A stretch of DNA of 64,000 nucleotides from Hormiphora californensis (GCA_020137815.1 CM035350.1:8184001-8248000); one strand, 5' to 3'; shown: positions 37,071-57,012, numbered from the stretch's first letter. The notes: generated by a model from the sequence alone, not told the origin. Translations and numbers: made by a program.

Positions 37071-37583
37071 GTGTCTCTACTACAGACACATAGTACACAC
37101 AGACTCTCTATATGATATACTTGAGATTTAATTCTTGCTCTGAACTCATTATTCAGAATACTTGAGATGTGTTCTAGGGATACTGCAGCTGTTATTATAG
37201 TAGAAGCAGCAGCTATATAGAGACTCACCAGTAAAAATCGTCTCCATCCCATTACGTAAGGGCAAGTTTGCGGTTCTACTTCGAGCTGCTGCTGCCAGTG
37301 GTAGCCAATATATACGGGACTTGAATTGTTCTGTGAAACAAGCTTGGAAAGATAGAGTTTGTTAATTACCGAGATTGATATTCAGTGTGGAATGGGTATC
37401 AACTTTGAAGGATTTTGAAAGGGTAGAAAACTATAAAAATATATTTTTCTTCTTTCGCCTTCTAATCTGCTCGCATTTTCTCTCTGATATCTCTCTCTCC
37501 CTTTTTCTTAGTACTACATATCTCTTTCTCTCTGTCTCTCTGTCTCTCTGTCTCTCTGATCTCTCTGTCTCTCTCTCTCTCTC

Positions 37584-37627
<44 letters not shown>

Positions 37628-37718
37628 CTCATCTCTCTTTCTAAATCTCTCTAGCCTGTACCCGGAAACCGAACTGTTTGCGTGTGTGCTCAATAGTGTA
37701 CAAGAGAGAGAGAGAGGG

Positions 37719-37829
<111 letters not shown>

Positions 37830-37948
37830 TTACATAGAGAGAGTAAGGGAGAGACAGCTGAGAGAGCTGTTGTAGTAACAGGAGTAAAGGAGTTGAAAAT
37901 AATAATATAATGCAACATAATATTCAATTTCGCTGCAGCTATTATCAA

Positions 37949-39643
37949 ATGGTAATGGGTATTTTCTCCTTTCCTGCTTTCCAAAACAGCCTAAATACTA
38001 AATATATTGGCCATCTCTCTCGTATTTCCTCACTTTGCACCATTTACTACCCCTCGCTTAGCCTCTGTCTAATTATCTCCTCTCTCAGCTAATCACTCTA
38101 CTCTGATCACTCCTTCTCTTCCCCCCCCCCCCCAATTAAAAAAGACCCCAACTCTGATCACTCCTCCTCTCCCAATTAAACCCCAACTCTGATCACTCCA
38201 CCTCTCCCAATTAGATCCCAACTCTGATCACTCCTTCTCTCCTCCCAATTAAGTAGACCCAACTCTGATCACTCCTCCTCTCCCTCAATTCGACCCAACT
38301 CTGATCACTCCTCCTCTCCCCCCAATTAGACCCAACTCTGATTACTTCTCCTCTCCCCCCAATTCGACCCAACCCTGATCACTCCTCCTCTCCCCCCAAT
38401 TCGACCCAACTCTGATCACTACTTCTCTCCCCCCAATTCGACCCAACTCTGATCACTCCTCCTCTCCCCCCAATTCGACCCAACTCTGATCACTCCTTCT
38501 CTCCCCCCAATTCGACCCAACTCTGATCACTCCTTCTCTCCCCTCAACTCGACCTAACTCTGATCACTCCTCCTCTCCCCCAATTAGACCCAACTCTGAT
38601 CACTCCTCCTCTCCCCTCAATTCGACCCAACTCTGATCACTCCCTCTCTCCCCTCAATTAGACCCAACTCTGATCACTCCTCCTCTCCCCCAATTAGACG
38701 GCTGCGGTGCAGATAGAACAGGGACCGAAGAAGGTATTCGTTCAGCGAGATTACACACTTGGAACAGAGTGCAAGTTTGAGACCGCCTATCCAACGCAGC
38801 TGGAAGGCGTGGTAAGGAATTCCATACACCATATCCCCTTGTTACGTTCTAACCCTCCTTTACATTTGGGGTCGAGTAAGGCAACAATCCCTTATCTATC
38901 TATCTACGGAGTGCCTGGGCTTGCCAACGGCAAGCCCACAGGGGACTATCGCAAAGCGATATCGCCGGCACTAGGAGAATAGCCCCCCTCCCCTCCCACC
39001 ATCAGGAACTACCACAGGCAGGTTCACATTGTAGGTGTCAATCCCCTAAAGGTGTCAACAATCCCCTAAATCGACAACCAGTATCCAATTTCCCACCCCC
39101 CTCCACTTTATTTACTAGTTGATTGACCCCATATCGCCTAACTACCCCCCTCTCTCCCCTCTCTTTAGATAGCAAAAGAGACCTTCACAGACACTATCAA
39201 CAAAGTCAATGAGTTGTTTGCAGCAGCTGAGGAGCTAAGCTGCCCTACATACACCGAGAGTTGCCTGAGCTGTATGACCGGATACCTCCTATACTTTTGC
39301 ATGGAAACTAAGTACAGCAAGGTAACGACGAGTTGTAATTCCCTTGAAAATTATAAGAATTTATGTATGTTTTATCTCTGTCGTGCCCAATACAAACAGA
39401 GCGCGTTCGCTTATTGTATGTCTATTTATGAAATAAAATGTAGACTGTAGTGTGAACTACACAAGTTTTTCTAACACCCCCTCTGTTTACCAGGAGATGA
39501 AACAGATATCAGTGTTTATCCAGCGACAAAATGACGAGATATATCACCCACGGGGAGTGCACATTGTCGAACCCATGCTCCGAGGACTGAGATGTGTCGA
39601 ATTCGTTGTGTATCCTCCTAAGAAAAATACCAGTAATGCGTAG
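37949..39643 (+). CDS. GOLGA7: Golgin subfamily A member 7 / ERF4 (DHHC palmitoyltransferase accessory subunit)
   Basis: Exons 37949-37951 (caaATG|gtaatg, tentative), 38698-38811, 39169-39321, 39494-39643. Motifs KVFVQRDY, ESCLSCMTGY, CMETKY, QNDEIYHPRG and PMLRGLR. Confidence 0.9.
38097..38699 (+). repeat. ~38-bp intronic minisatellite (16 units) ending at the GOLGA7 acceptor
   Basis: Unit CCAACTCTGATCACTCCTCCTCTCCCCCCAATT(A/C)GAC. Confidence 0.95.
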
Positions 39644-39676
39644 AGAGAAGTAACTCTTTGACAGAGTAAACAGTAT

Positions 39677-39907
39677 AGTCGAATTTTTTATTTAAGCGAC
39701 AGGCCGCCGCGCACACAATTGGTTAATTGGTCATATCTCCGGTTCCTGATGAGATAGAAACTTGATCCTGGTTGCGTTGGAAAGATAAAATTTTTATCTT
39801 TCCAATGGCATCAAGAAAAAGTCGCTAGCTTATCAGGAACCGGAAATCGATTTCAAGCGCTGCATTTTGATGCGCGGCGGCCTGTCGCTTAAATAAAAAA
39901 TTGGACT
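39677..39907. mobile_element. MITE just 3' of the GOLGA7 stop codon
   Basis: TIRs AGTCGAATTTTTTATTTAAGCGACAGGCCGCCGCGCA / TGCGCGGCGGCCTGTCGCTTAAATAAAAAATTGGACT. Confidence 0.88.
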
Positions 39908-41066
39908 TTATTATGAGTTGATATATAATACACTTACATGGTACTGTATATTACCGGGGTCATTTTGTGTGTGTGAGAGAACGGGAAGTACTTGCTTTGT
40001 GATTAGAAGGTTAATAAGAGACGTTTGAAATTGTTGTGGGCTAAAACACTAGACACTCTTCTACATGTTGATAATAATAACTTTGTGTGTGTAAAAAGGA
40101 ATTTGTTTGCCTTTAAATTGTGTAATATACATCCCATCCTTCTCTCTTATGAACCTAAATTGTATTGTCTTGTTTATACAAATAACTCCTACATGTGTTC
40201 TATATTGCTGCCCTGCTAATGTGTATCACTTCCCTTTTTTACAATCTCCCTTTTTCACCCTTCACATTTTGTAGCATGTTTGCCTGCCTGTATTTTGTAT
40301 GATTTGCTGAAGCACTGCTGCACTGCTGACACTCAAGATATCATCCTATAACAAGGTAAGTTAGCACCCTATGGCACACTTGGATCCGGTGAATTATTAT
40401 AACCACATTCAGATCGATCCGTTATCTGAGCATCCTGTTTTTGTGTTTTTGTGTTTGTGTGTAACTTGTGTACAGGAACGCGCGAGAGAGTGTTTTTAGA
40501 ATGTCAGCATTTCATAGTCCGCGCCAAAATGCGCGCGCGTGTAACTGGCTTCACCCTTGAATCCGTTTGGCTGCTAAATTTGGATTCAGTTGAAAACAAT
40601 GGCCACACGCCGTGTGAAGTCTCTTACATTTCATTGTTGAGTTACTCAACAAATATTTCATGAAGTTTCTGAATTAGAATTCATCCACAAAATAACAACA
40701 AATTGGTTATGAACAGTTAAGACATAGATTGAAATTTCAATACAGTATAGAGTAGGTTAAAACCAAAATTTTGCAATACTGTAAACTCGAGACAAATCAT
40801 AGTGATATATATATATATTATGTATATACATGTGTGTGAGCATACATAATTATGTATCTATATTATACTACACTAATCTATATTGTGAAGGTCAAGGAAT
40901 ATAGTATGTACTTCACTCCAAATGACAGCATTTAGGGACAGTTATATATCTCGAGTGTTGTTTGCGAGGGTATCATAGCAGATCTACTGTTGTCACTTCT
41001 TTTGTCACAACAGATATATTGCAGCTGGTACTCTAACTCTCTCTCTCTCTCTAGCTCTCTCCAACA

Positions 41067-41222
<156 letters not shown>

Positions 41223-41796
41223 TCACTCTCTCTCTTTCTCTCTCTATTTCGCATGGTATAAAAATAAATTTAACTGTTAATAAAAAGTAAAAACTATTGC
41301 TGTAACTTTCACTCACTAAATACACACAGGTGCTCTCTCTCTCTACATGATATATATCATAACACCGTCATGTAGTATATATTTTCCTGTGTGTTTACAA
41401 CATCATCATCATCATCGTATCACTGCATATATTAACATGTATCAGGCCAGTTAACTGATATCACACCGGCCCTTTTTTGGGGGGCTGCTGCTCAGTAGCG
41501 ACAAACCTGGTCGACATGTGTATATTGGTTGGTACGTGTCTATAAGTGTTCATTCTCTCTACCCACGGTATTCACAAATCAGGAGGAGATTCAATTCCTA
41601 ATAATCGCTCACATCCAAAGTCGTCCTCTATATCTCTCTCACTCTCTCACACTCTTTCTCTCTCACTCTCTCGGTTCTCTCTCTCCTGTATCTGCGATGG
41701 AAGATGTCGCCGTGTATACATCGCGGGGCGTGGCACTTAAAATGTTGCTGATACAGCAAAATTCAACACGTCTCTTGCTCAGTGTGTGTTTGTGTG

Positions 41797-48205
<6,409 letters not shown>

Positions 48206-48906
48206 CTGAGGAAATGGAGGAATATGTTAGTTATTATGAATTGTGTAGAACTATAGTTCCGGGTTAGAACAATGGCTGAGTAAACATGTGTGTGTGCGTG
48301 CGTTCAGGTGGAGAGTCGTTAGGTTACCCCCCCCCCCCCCCCCCCCCCCCGTTATTCCACAGAACCCACAAATAGTGTTTTTGAAAGGCATTTTTATAGA
48401 GTTAAAAAATGGTGTGAGTAAAACTGGTAGTGTTGGGGTCAGTGGCCCTTTCTTCCCCATCCTTTTTTTTTCTCTCTCCCCTTTCCCCCCCCTTCTCTCT
48501 CTCTCCCCCCCCTCTCCCCCTCTCCTCCCCTTCTTCTCTCATTCCATAATCTCTCTTTTTTTCTTCTGTTTCTCCCCTTCTCGCTTTTCACGTGTCTATC
48601 TTGGAATTTTTTCCCTAGCTCAACGAGAGACGACGGGGGCGCGGGGAAAGGGGAGAGAGAGAGGGGAGAGAGAGGGGAGAGAAGAAGAAGAGGGAAGAGA
48701 TATTGTAATATATATAGAGAGAGATAAAGGGGGATAGTATTGTAATACCGTCACAAGGAAAAGAAAGGGTCCCAGCCCCCGGGCTGCCTGTAATATTCTC
48801 GATGGCAGAAGGAGAAATACTTTTGGTTAAAATACTCTAACCCGGCGTTCCCCAGCACAAATTATCTACTATATATCTACTATCGCTATTAGATTCTAGA
48901 ACCTAC

Positions 48907-48949
48907 CATCATCTGTGGATCGTCGCTTCAAAAAGCCGAGAAGCTTCAT
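48907..48949 (-). CDS. PRKG: Candidate PKG alternative first exon: MKLLGFLKRRSTDD
   Basis: ccaaaATG ... GAT G|gtaggt; phase 1 matches the acceptor at 48205. Confidence 0.65.
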
Positions 48950-49394
48950 TTTGGCTCACTTGATCAACGTGAACTGTGAGTTTCTAGAAGATTCAAGAAG
49001 GAGTAGTGCTGCCCGCCCCAAAGATATGTACACCAAAAATCTAAATGTAATCACCGTGGTACACTTCGCAAGTTTATTTTTGAGTAGTACACAAATGAAA
49101 AATTATAGTATTAGTAGTTATAGTGAAACGGGAGAAGACAATTATACATTAGTGGGACGAATCTCCACAAAAAAAGGGGTTGACTCACTATTTGGTTCAA
49201 AAAACAAATTCGGTTTTAACCACCTATTTTTTCCCGCTGAAAAAGATCCCGTCCATAGGGAAGCTGCAAAAGTGAAAAAAATGCCCAAAACGGGCCCCGC
49301 CCCTTTTTCCCGTATTTTTCCCCTGTAGCCAAAACATAAATCCTCTTAGAAAAGGGTAGAACAAATTAGGGCACTAAAATGATAGCGCCCCCGC

Positions 49395-49890
49395 ATTAGT
49401 GGGGGTATGCTGGAATTAATCTCTATTTTTTCTGGTTAATTAGTTTGGGTATTAGGTTTTGGGATAACCGTTTTTTGGCTATATGGCTATGCCCCTTATG
49501 GGGTTTTTGAGACTTTTTACTGGCGCCATTTTTTTAGGCATAGCCAAATTTGAGGGTGGGGTCGGACTTTTAAAAATCACTCCAACCTTTTTGCGTTATT
49601 TGGTTAAACATGCCAAAATGAGCGAAAAACGGTAAAAAACCCCTTTTTAGCATCGTTTAAACCAAAAACGGCTAAACGGGTTGGAGATAGAGCTTAAAAG
49701 CCGACGTCGACCCCCCATAAAATGGGGTATTCCTCAAATGGGGCCAGTAAAAATCCTAAAACCCCCCAAAAAGTGGTATAGCCCTATGCCAAAAAAAAGG
49801 TTTTCGCAAACCTAATTATCCAAAATTTTTGATTAACCAGATGAATAGAGACTTAATTCCCCAAACCACCCCCCTAAAGCGAGGGGGTGA
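49395..49890. repeat. Foldback repeat with indel-rich arms
   Basis: ~49400-49532 is an imperfect reverse complement of ~49738-49875. Differences are mostly homopolymer indels. Confidence 0.65.
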
Positions 49891-50526
49891 TCCCCCTCTA
49901 CAGTATTTAGAACACAGTGTTGTTCAAAACCGTTTCCACGCTTGTACAACTCTCTCTCTAGAGATAGAGAGAGGAGTAGATCGCGAGAGAGGGTAGAGAG
50001 ATGATCGAGCGCCGAGAGGAAGAGAGAGAGAGAGCTACGAGAGCGCGGAAAAGGAGAGAGGGGGAGGAAAGGGAAAAGAGAAAGGGGAAAAAAATGGAAA
50101 AAAAGAATTTTCCCCTCCTCTTTCTCTTTATCTTTCTCCTCTTTCTCTCCTCCCCTTTTTCCCTCTCTCTTTATATATCTATATAAATGAACACAGCACT
50201 GTTGTTAACAGTCAAAACACGATTTTTGGGGTACCGGGAAAGTCCCCGGACATCAATGGGGGCTCTCCTCATCTAAACACTACGTTTTACTCTTTAAACC
50301 CCACACAGAGAATTATAAAACAAAAAAAAAAACGAACCAACAACACTCGAATAAAACAAAACGGACATAAAAACGGGGGGACTTCCCAATCAAATTCAAT
50401 ATGTATTATGCGTCCTATTTGGTAAACATGGCCAGAAGAATTCAGTGGATGGAGAATTCAGTGGATGGAAGTCGTATGCGGTAGTGCCTCAGAAGTAATG
50501 GTGAGAACCTCAAACTATATTGATGA

Positions 50527-50635
50527 GTGAAAAGTAATGCAAGTAAGTTTTATGAGTTTTGACATGCTGACAAGAACATAAAGTTCAGTTGTCAGCATAT
50601 CAAAACTCATAAAACTTACTTGCGTTAATTTTCAC
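50527..50635. repeat. ~109-bp hairpin/palindrome
   Basis: GCAAGTAAGTTTTATGAGTTTTGACATGCTGACAA ... TTGTCAGCATATCAAAACTCATAAAACTTACTTGC. Confidence 0.9.
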
Positions 50636-50889
50636 ATAGTTACAAGATATTCAACCCTTCGGAGGAAATGGTTTAAAAGCAATGTAGTTAGACGAGCATA
50701 GAGCTAGCTCGAGATGTTCGCATTAGATATAGTAGTTTTGTGGTAGCATATTGCTGTGTACTGCACAGTTACAGATTCTACCACATAACTAAATCTACAA
50801 AATCTAGACAAAAAGTAAGAAAGAAGAGGTAGTAAGAGAGGAGAGAGTAAAATGTAAACATGTGATTCACGTGTATCGATATATCTAAC

Positions 50890-50971
50890 CTGAGGCCTCT
50901 CCTTCTCCTTCTCCTCCTCCCGAGTTTTCTCGGTCTGATCTCCTTGAAAATGGTTTCCAACCCTTCGGCAT
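50890..50971 (-). CDS. PRKG: Candidate PKG alternative first exon: MPKGWKPFSRRSDRENSGGGEGEGEAS
   Basis: caacATG ... TCA G|gttaga; phase 1. The donor is weaker than consensus. Confidence 0.55.
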
Positions 50972-52584
50972 GTTGAGAGAGAGGGATGTTCTTATACACC
51001 AAATGCGATCAAAGAATTGTGAGTGGTTAGTGTTATTGTTTGTTTAAGGTGCCTGACCTGGTGTGTGTGTGTGTGTGCGTTGTGGAATGTGTGCCCAGCA
51101 CGACACTATTCTGTGTAAATTGAAGAGCCATAATATGATCATAGATAGAGATATAATATATGAAGACCTTTGGGATCTGAGGCGGCAAGGTGGAGGAAGT
51201 GAGAGAGACAGTGCAGGACTGCTGTGTTTGAGTTTGTGTGTTTACAAAATAAGTTAGGTTTTGGACTGGACTTTTGAGCATCAGAGCACCGGACTTTTAA
51301 TTTGGATTAAGAACATTATTTTTACTTTATACTCTAGATGTTTTGGCAATGGTGAACCGCTCTGATTGCCGTGTAGATAACTAGGTTTTTATTCTAGTAA
51401 CCTATATGGTATGAGTGTGTATACAAGTGCTGCTATTATTATTAAGTTTGATGCTGCAGTAATAACCCAGCCATGGCCATTTAATTTATCTTAATTTTCT
51501 TCAGAGCATAATTGTAATATGACGTGTGGCGTATGACCTGGTTGCAAACCACGTGTTGATGCATATATATATATATATATATATATTATGTGACGGCTGA
51601 CATTATTTCTCGTGCCAAGAGAGAAGAACTGTTACAACGAAAGAGAGGAAAAATATAGGGAAGAAACGGTGCTGAAGGGCGGAAAAAAGACGAAATTTGA
51701 AGGCAATAACCAGGGTAGTTGGATGAGGGACATTATTCAGATTTTCTATTTCTATAAAAGGACAACAGCAGAGCAATCAAAAAATTTGATAGATCAAATT
51801 GATTGGCTGTAGTTGGATGGTGTCTGCCGCAAACGGGAGTTTATTTATCAATTAGCAAAAAGGGATAAGAAGCTCACTGATAAGTAGTTAAAAGAAATGG
51901 TTTAAGAGAGCTCCTCTTGCGCCACGATAAGCCGTTGGCCACCCGCTACGATGTCAAATCACTTAGATTAAAAATATTAATGGGATGCAGTATGTACTAA
52001 AAAGGAAAGTGGTAAAGCAGTAGTAAACCCTTGACAGAATCTTCACTTCCTTGTTTTGTAGGCTTTAACAGGCTGTACAGAAAAGAGCAATGTAATTTAA
52101 ATTGTCCTAACTAAAGAATGCACCTAAAAGAAGGGCTTTTAAAACCGCACCCAGCTTCTATTCGTCGCGGGTGTCCCTTTTTCAAAACAATTTTCAAGAA
52201 ATAACTACCTTGTTCTAGGTATTATTTCAACAGAAGGGTGGTGGAACTAGTATATAAGGGCCGGGGGTTGTTGAGTAACCACTAACCACTCAACAAGCCG
52301 GGGAGGGGACATTTTTTATTGCCCCACACTAGGGTGCTTCAACAGAAATGTGAGTAATGGGAGTATTCCACATCTCCCTCGAAGCTACACCGCCACATAT
52401 ATTGCACAACGTATAGCAATTATTACCTTGGCTTTGCCGCCCGCGAAGAGGAGAAAAAAGGAGAAATTCAGAGAGGGAGAGCGAGAGAGAGAGAGGGTAA
52501 GAGAAAGAGAGCGAGACAGAGAATAGAGATAGAGACAGAGAGAGGCACTATACTTATGGAACCATGATAAAAAATTTAACCTAC

Positions 52585-52675
52585 CGCTGTCTCCGCTGCA
52601 GTTATCCGGGGTTGAAGGAGGATGGTGCCGGGATCCGCTGAACTTCTTCAACTTCAGAAACTTTGGTATGGCCAT
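52585..52675 (-). CDS. PRKG: Candidate PKG alternative first exon: MAIPKFLKLKKFSGSRHHPPSTPDNCSGDS
   Basis: aatATGG ... AGC G|gtaggt; phase 1. Confidence 0.65.
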
Positions 52676-54279
52676 ATTATCTTGGTTTGAGATGATCTTA
52701 AGATACGGAGAGGAGGAAATGGCACAAAGCTGTGTAACAAAAGTACTGTTTAACAAAGCAGTTGCATCGAGCGCTATGAGGAGGAGGAGGAGGATAAGGA
52801 TGGGTCAAAGTACAAAGAACGTAAATAAAACGATATGCAAGAAGAGGCAGAAGGAAATATATAGAGGTAGATAAATGGCAAGAGAGATAGTTAGAAGACC
52901 AAGCTTTATTATATAAATGCAAAAAGAGAGTGAGAGATAGAGTATAATCTATAAATGTGCGCTAAACAAATATGAAATCAAACAACTAATGCAAAATTGC
53001 TGGCCATATACCATAATGTCTAAATGATTGATGACTAAAGATTCACGCTCATGGTCGTCTACAAAGGGACAAGGCCCGACCTTTCACGTCCGCTTCATGG
53101 ACCCATGGCAACTAGGAAGTGGAACACTGCTTGGCATGCAGTTGCAGAGATTTCACTCCTCCTAAAAGAATTCTCCACGTTTGCTAGAGATCACTGCATA
53201 CTCGAACAGCATAAGAGACCGTTCAATCACAAACAATGATATGAAAAGTTTATGATAGTGTTAACGACGGAAATGAACGGATGATACCTATTCCATGGAA
53301 AATCTCTATCACAAAAAGAGCGATCAAGCTGTTAGACTAATATGTGTACACATATGTGTTGTCACAAGCGTAGCCTGGTGTGTATCCCATAATATGTTGA
53401 ATGTAAAAGAGTTGACCCCCCATCCCCTTGAGAGATTTATGTGAGGTGTCAGACGAGAGAGGAAGAAGAAGAGGAGAACGAAAAGAGAAAAGAGGAGAGA
53501 GGGAGAGAGGGGGAGAGAGAGAGGGGAAAAGGGGAGGGGAGGGAAGAGAAGGAGAGAGAGAGAGGAAGAGAGAGTAGAGGGGAAAGAGGATAGCGAGGAG
53601 AGAGAAATTTTGCACCGCTTTCTCTGTTTGGGAAAGAGGCAAGTTCACTATTGAGAGAGTTACAAGCCCAATTTTAAAAAGGAAGGGAAAAAGGTGGACG
53701 ATTTTTAAAGCAACATAGATAATGAGGATGAAGTGTGTCATTGAACAACTAGTAAAGTCAATTTTCATTCAACTACTCACACTACACATCTGGGGGGGGA
53801 AAGGGTTGAAAAAGAATTTGTGTGTGGTTTGTTGAGGGGTCCTCAGAAACTGGGGTTTGATTTACTTTTTTTTAAACACCGAGGCCACCCCCGCACCCCC
53901 CACCCATACTCTCTCATTTCCCTACTCTTCACACACCCCAAAAACACAACTCTTCCCCCTCTTCTCTCCCTTCTCCCCTCTCTCTCTCTCTCTCTTGTTC
54001 CTACTTCCCCATCATCCCATCATTCTCTCTCTCATTTCCTCCCTCCCATCCCATTCATTGCCCCTTTGCATGTCAAAAAGATTGGATCACGTGCCATACT
54101 GCCTGCTAATGATATGGAACCGTGCTGAAAACTTGACTCTCTTTTTCTATCATTATTTGCTCTCTTGTCTCTCGCTTCTATCCCTTTCTCCCTCTCCTCC
54201 TCTACCACTAGCTAAGTCTTATTACTACCAAGAATTAGCTAGAAGAAAAAAGAAAATGGATAAAAACTTGCCACGTACT

Positions 54280-54402
<123 letters not shown>

Positions 54403-55221
54403 TGCGCTTGGTGACACCTGGTATGCGTGTGTGCAATTAACGGGATAAAATCGTAGAATAGAAAAGTTAAGAAATCAGAATTGAAGAACCATATTTAAAG
54501 GAAACCTCTTAGTTCTCAAATTTTAAGATGAGTTGCCATATATATATGTATAACGTAACACAGAGCGAAAAAACGCTGGCTAATATAATGTCCTCTTTGA
54601 TCTGACTTCGTTCGAAGCTAACTAGCTTTCTCTCTAGCTTTCTCTCTTTAGTTTTCTTCCCTTCTCTCTTTCTCTCTTTCTCTGACTCTAGCTTTCTCTT
54701 TCTTTATCGAATCTTTCTCTCTAGCTTTCTTTCTCCCTCTTTCCCTCTCCCTCTCTCTCTCCCCCTCTCTCTCTCCCTCTCTCTGAATCTAGCTTTATTT
54801 ATCTCTCACTCACTCCCCCTCTCTCTCTCCCGGCTATTACAGCACACTCTGAATGATAATTGCAGTGTAGTTATAGCTACTACGAGACAAAGAGTTGAAC
54901 TACGAAAGGGCAAAAGACATTGTTGAATAAGATGGACAAAGGTTGGGAACAAAGGAAACCGCATGGTCGTGTACGGGTCTCTTCTCGAGAAAAATAAATT
55001 AAACAGGTGCTCAGTGATCGTTCCAAATCGATATGGCTAAAGATAGGCTTCGGATAATTGAACATGCTGTAAGTATCATGGCGGTTAACTTTATCCTTTA
55101 TGTTTGGTCAGCAAGATCAAATCATATTAATTCGTCTGCTCCCCGTTTCAAACAGCCTGCGCACCAATTACCATAAAACTGTAGAGGTATAAACGGTTCA
55201 CCCCAGAAGCAATATTGAGAC

Positions 55222-55329
55222 AATTTGATCAGGCATAGACGACTCAGAATGTTACAAAGTGAACGACTAAATGTTTTAAAGTTGTTCACTTTGTAACATC
55301 CAGCTGAGTCGTCTATGCCTGATCAAATT
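55222..55329. repeat. ~108-bp hairpin/palindrome
   Basis: AATTTGATCAGGCATAGACGACTCAG..ATGTTACAAAGTGAAC / GTTCACTTTGTAACAT..CTGAGTCGTCTATGCCTGATCAAATT. Confidence 0.9.
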
Positions 55330-56158
55330 CTGAACTACGTGAGATCACCACAGGGGTCACTCCTCCCACAAATCTCCACCACGGACGGTGCCATCAGCCC
55401 CATACAGCTGATCCAGAGACACTCTGGAACACATAAAATGCAAGTGTTGATATTCAACGATGAAAATTAAAACTGAAATCTTTCACGCAAATGGGCATTA
55501 ATCGTTTAGGTATCGCTCAAAGTGTTAAGGTCTCGATCAACTTAGTATCTAAATTCTAGACATAAATTACACATCCAAAAGTTTCCATTTTCATGCAGTT
55601 ATAAAGATCTCTCTATAATATAGCCCCTGGTGTCAGAAAAGTAAAAATGAGAAAGAGGCTCAATATAAATGCACTTATAATGCTCTCAATATATCGCAAT
55701 ACCCTTCTCCTTCTTCTTTCATATGAGATACACACCATGCATGTGCCAGTTGACTCCCCCTACACTCCATGCCAGGCCTACCAGGTGACTAGTGCATAAT
55801 GACTTGAGAAAAAGAGAGAGAAATAGAGAGAGAGAAAGAAAACTCTGCGAAATAATCTGTTGCAGCTGTGTTCCATACACACGTGTCCCGTAAAATATGT
55901 CAAATAATGAAAATTATTGTTTTAATGGATTCGCTAAAAGGAATGGAAAATAACTTCTAGGTGAGCTGGGTCACGAAGTGCGCTTAAGATTCTACGATGC
56001 GTCTTTTGAGCTGTCATAAACGCAAGCTTGAGAGATGTGGGAGTTAAATAGTTTTATAGGGGTAATTTTAAAGTAATCGTGTCACTTCAAACAGTTAGTG
56101 TCACTTCAAACAGTAAATTAGTTAAATTCACCTGATTGCAAATCTTCCATCAACTTAC

Positions 56159-56192
56159 CTTTACTTTTACCAAAGCGTGGTAAGTTCGGCAT
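56159..56192 (-). CDS. PRKG: Candidate PKG alternative first exon: MPNLPRFGKSK
   Basis: aaaactATG ... AAA G|gtaagt (consensus donor); phase 1. Confidence 0.65.
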
Positions 56193-56427
56193 AGTTTTTC
56201 CCCGCTTCACTTATGTATGCAGAGGAGGGATCCGTTCACGGTGAAATTGGAGCTATTGTTTAAAAAGTCAATAATTTATTAGCTATTCAACAACTAAAAA
56301 ACAAAATCAAATTAGTGAAAAGTTGTTATTGCAGCAGGAGATGATTATAAATTGATCGAAAGTTGCTATGAGGCACAAAATATGACAGTAAGCTGGAAAG
56401 AGAAAGAGAGTGAAAGAGAGAGAGAGA

Positions 56428-56479
<52 letters not shown>

Positions 56480-56945
56480 AAGAAAGAAAGGTAGTTTCAC
56501 AACTTCCGTGATAACAAGATACAGTCAATCCATACACAATGGGGTAAGATAAAATACGAATCATCACAAAAATGATTTAATTCATGAGAGTGTATAAATG
56601 CAAAAGTTAAAGGCCGGATGATAAACAAGACGTGTAATGGTGATCACTCCTACTTGGATACAATAGGTTTTGTATCCTTTCACTTCACGACACCGCATCA
56701 CAGACGTCAGTGCTCAAGCGGCATTGATGTGAGAGAACTCAGTGTGTGCAGAATGTCCGATCAGGGAGCGTTTGCGCAATATGACATTCCAATCGCCTGA
56801 TTCGATACAGGAACACATGGTTGATCGGGTTAGACTTCCTTGTCAGTGTGATTTAGTTAGTGCAGAAGAGTTGTGTTGTGACTGTGGTAATGGTATCAAG
56901 ATGTCCGATACGGTTAGATAGTCAGTCAAAAGAAAAGAAGGAGAG

Positions 56946-57012
<67 letters not shown>

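Noticed and set aside
38097-38699. CRISPR-like array
   Set aside because: Contiguous repeats without unique spacers, in a eukaryotic intron, with no cas genes.
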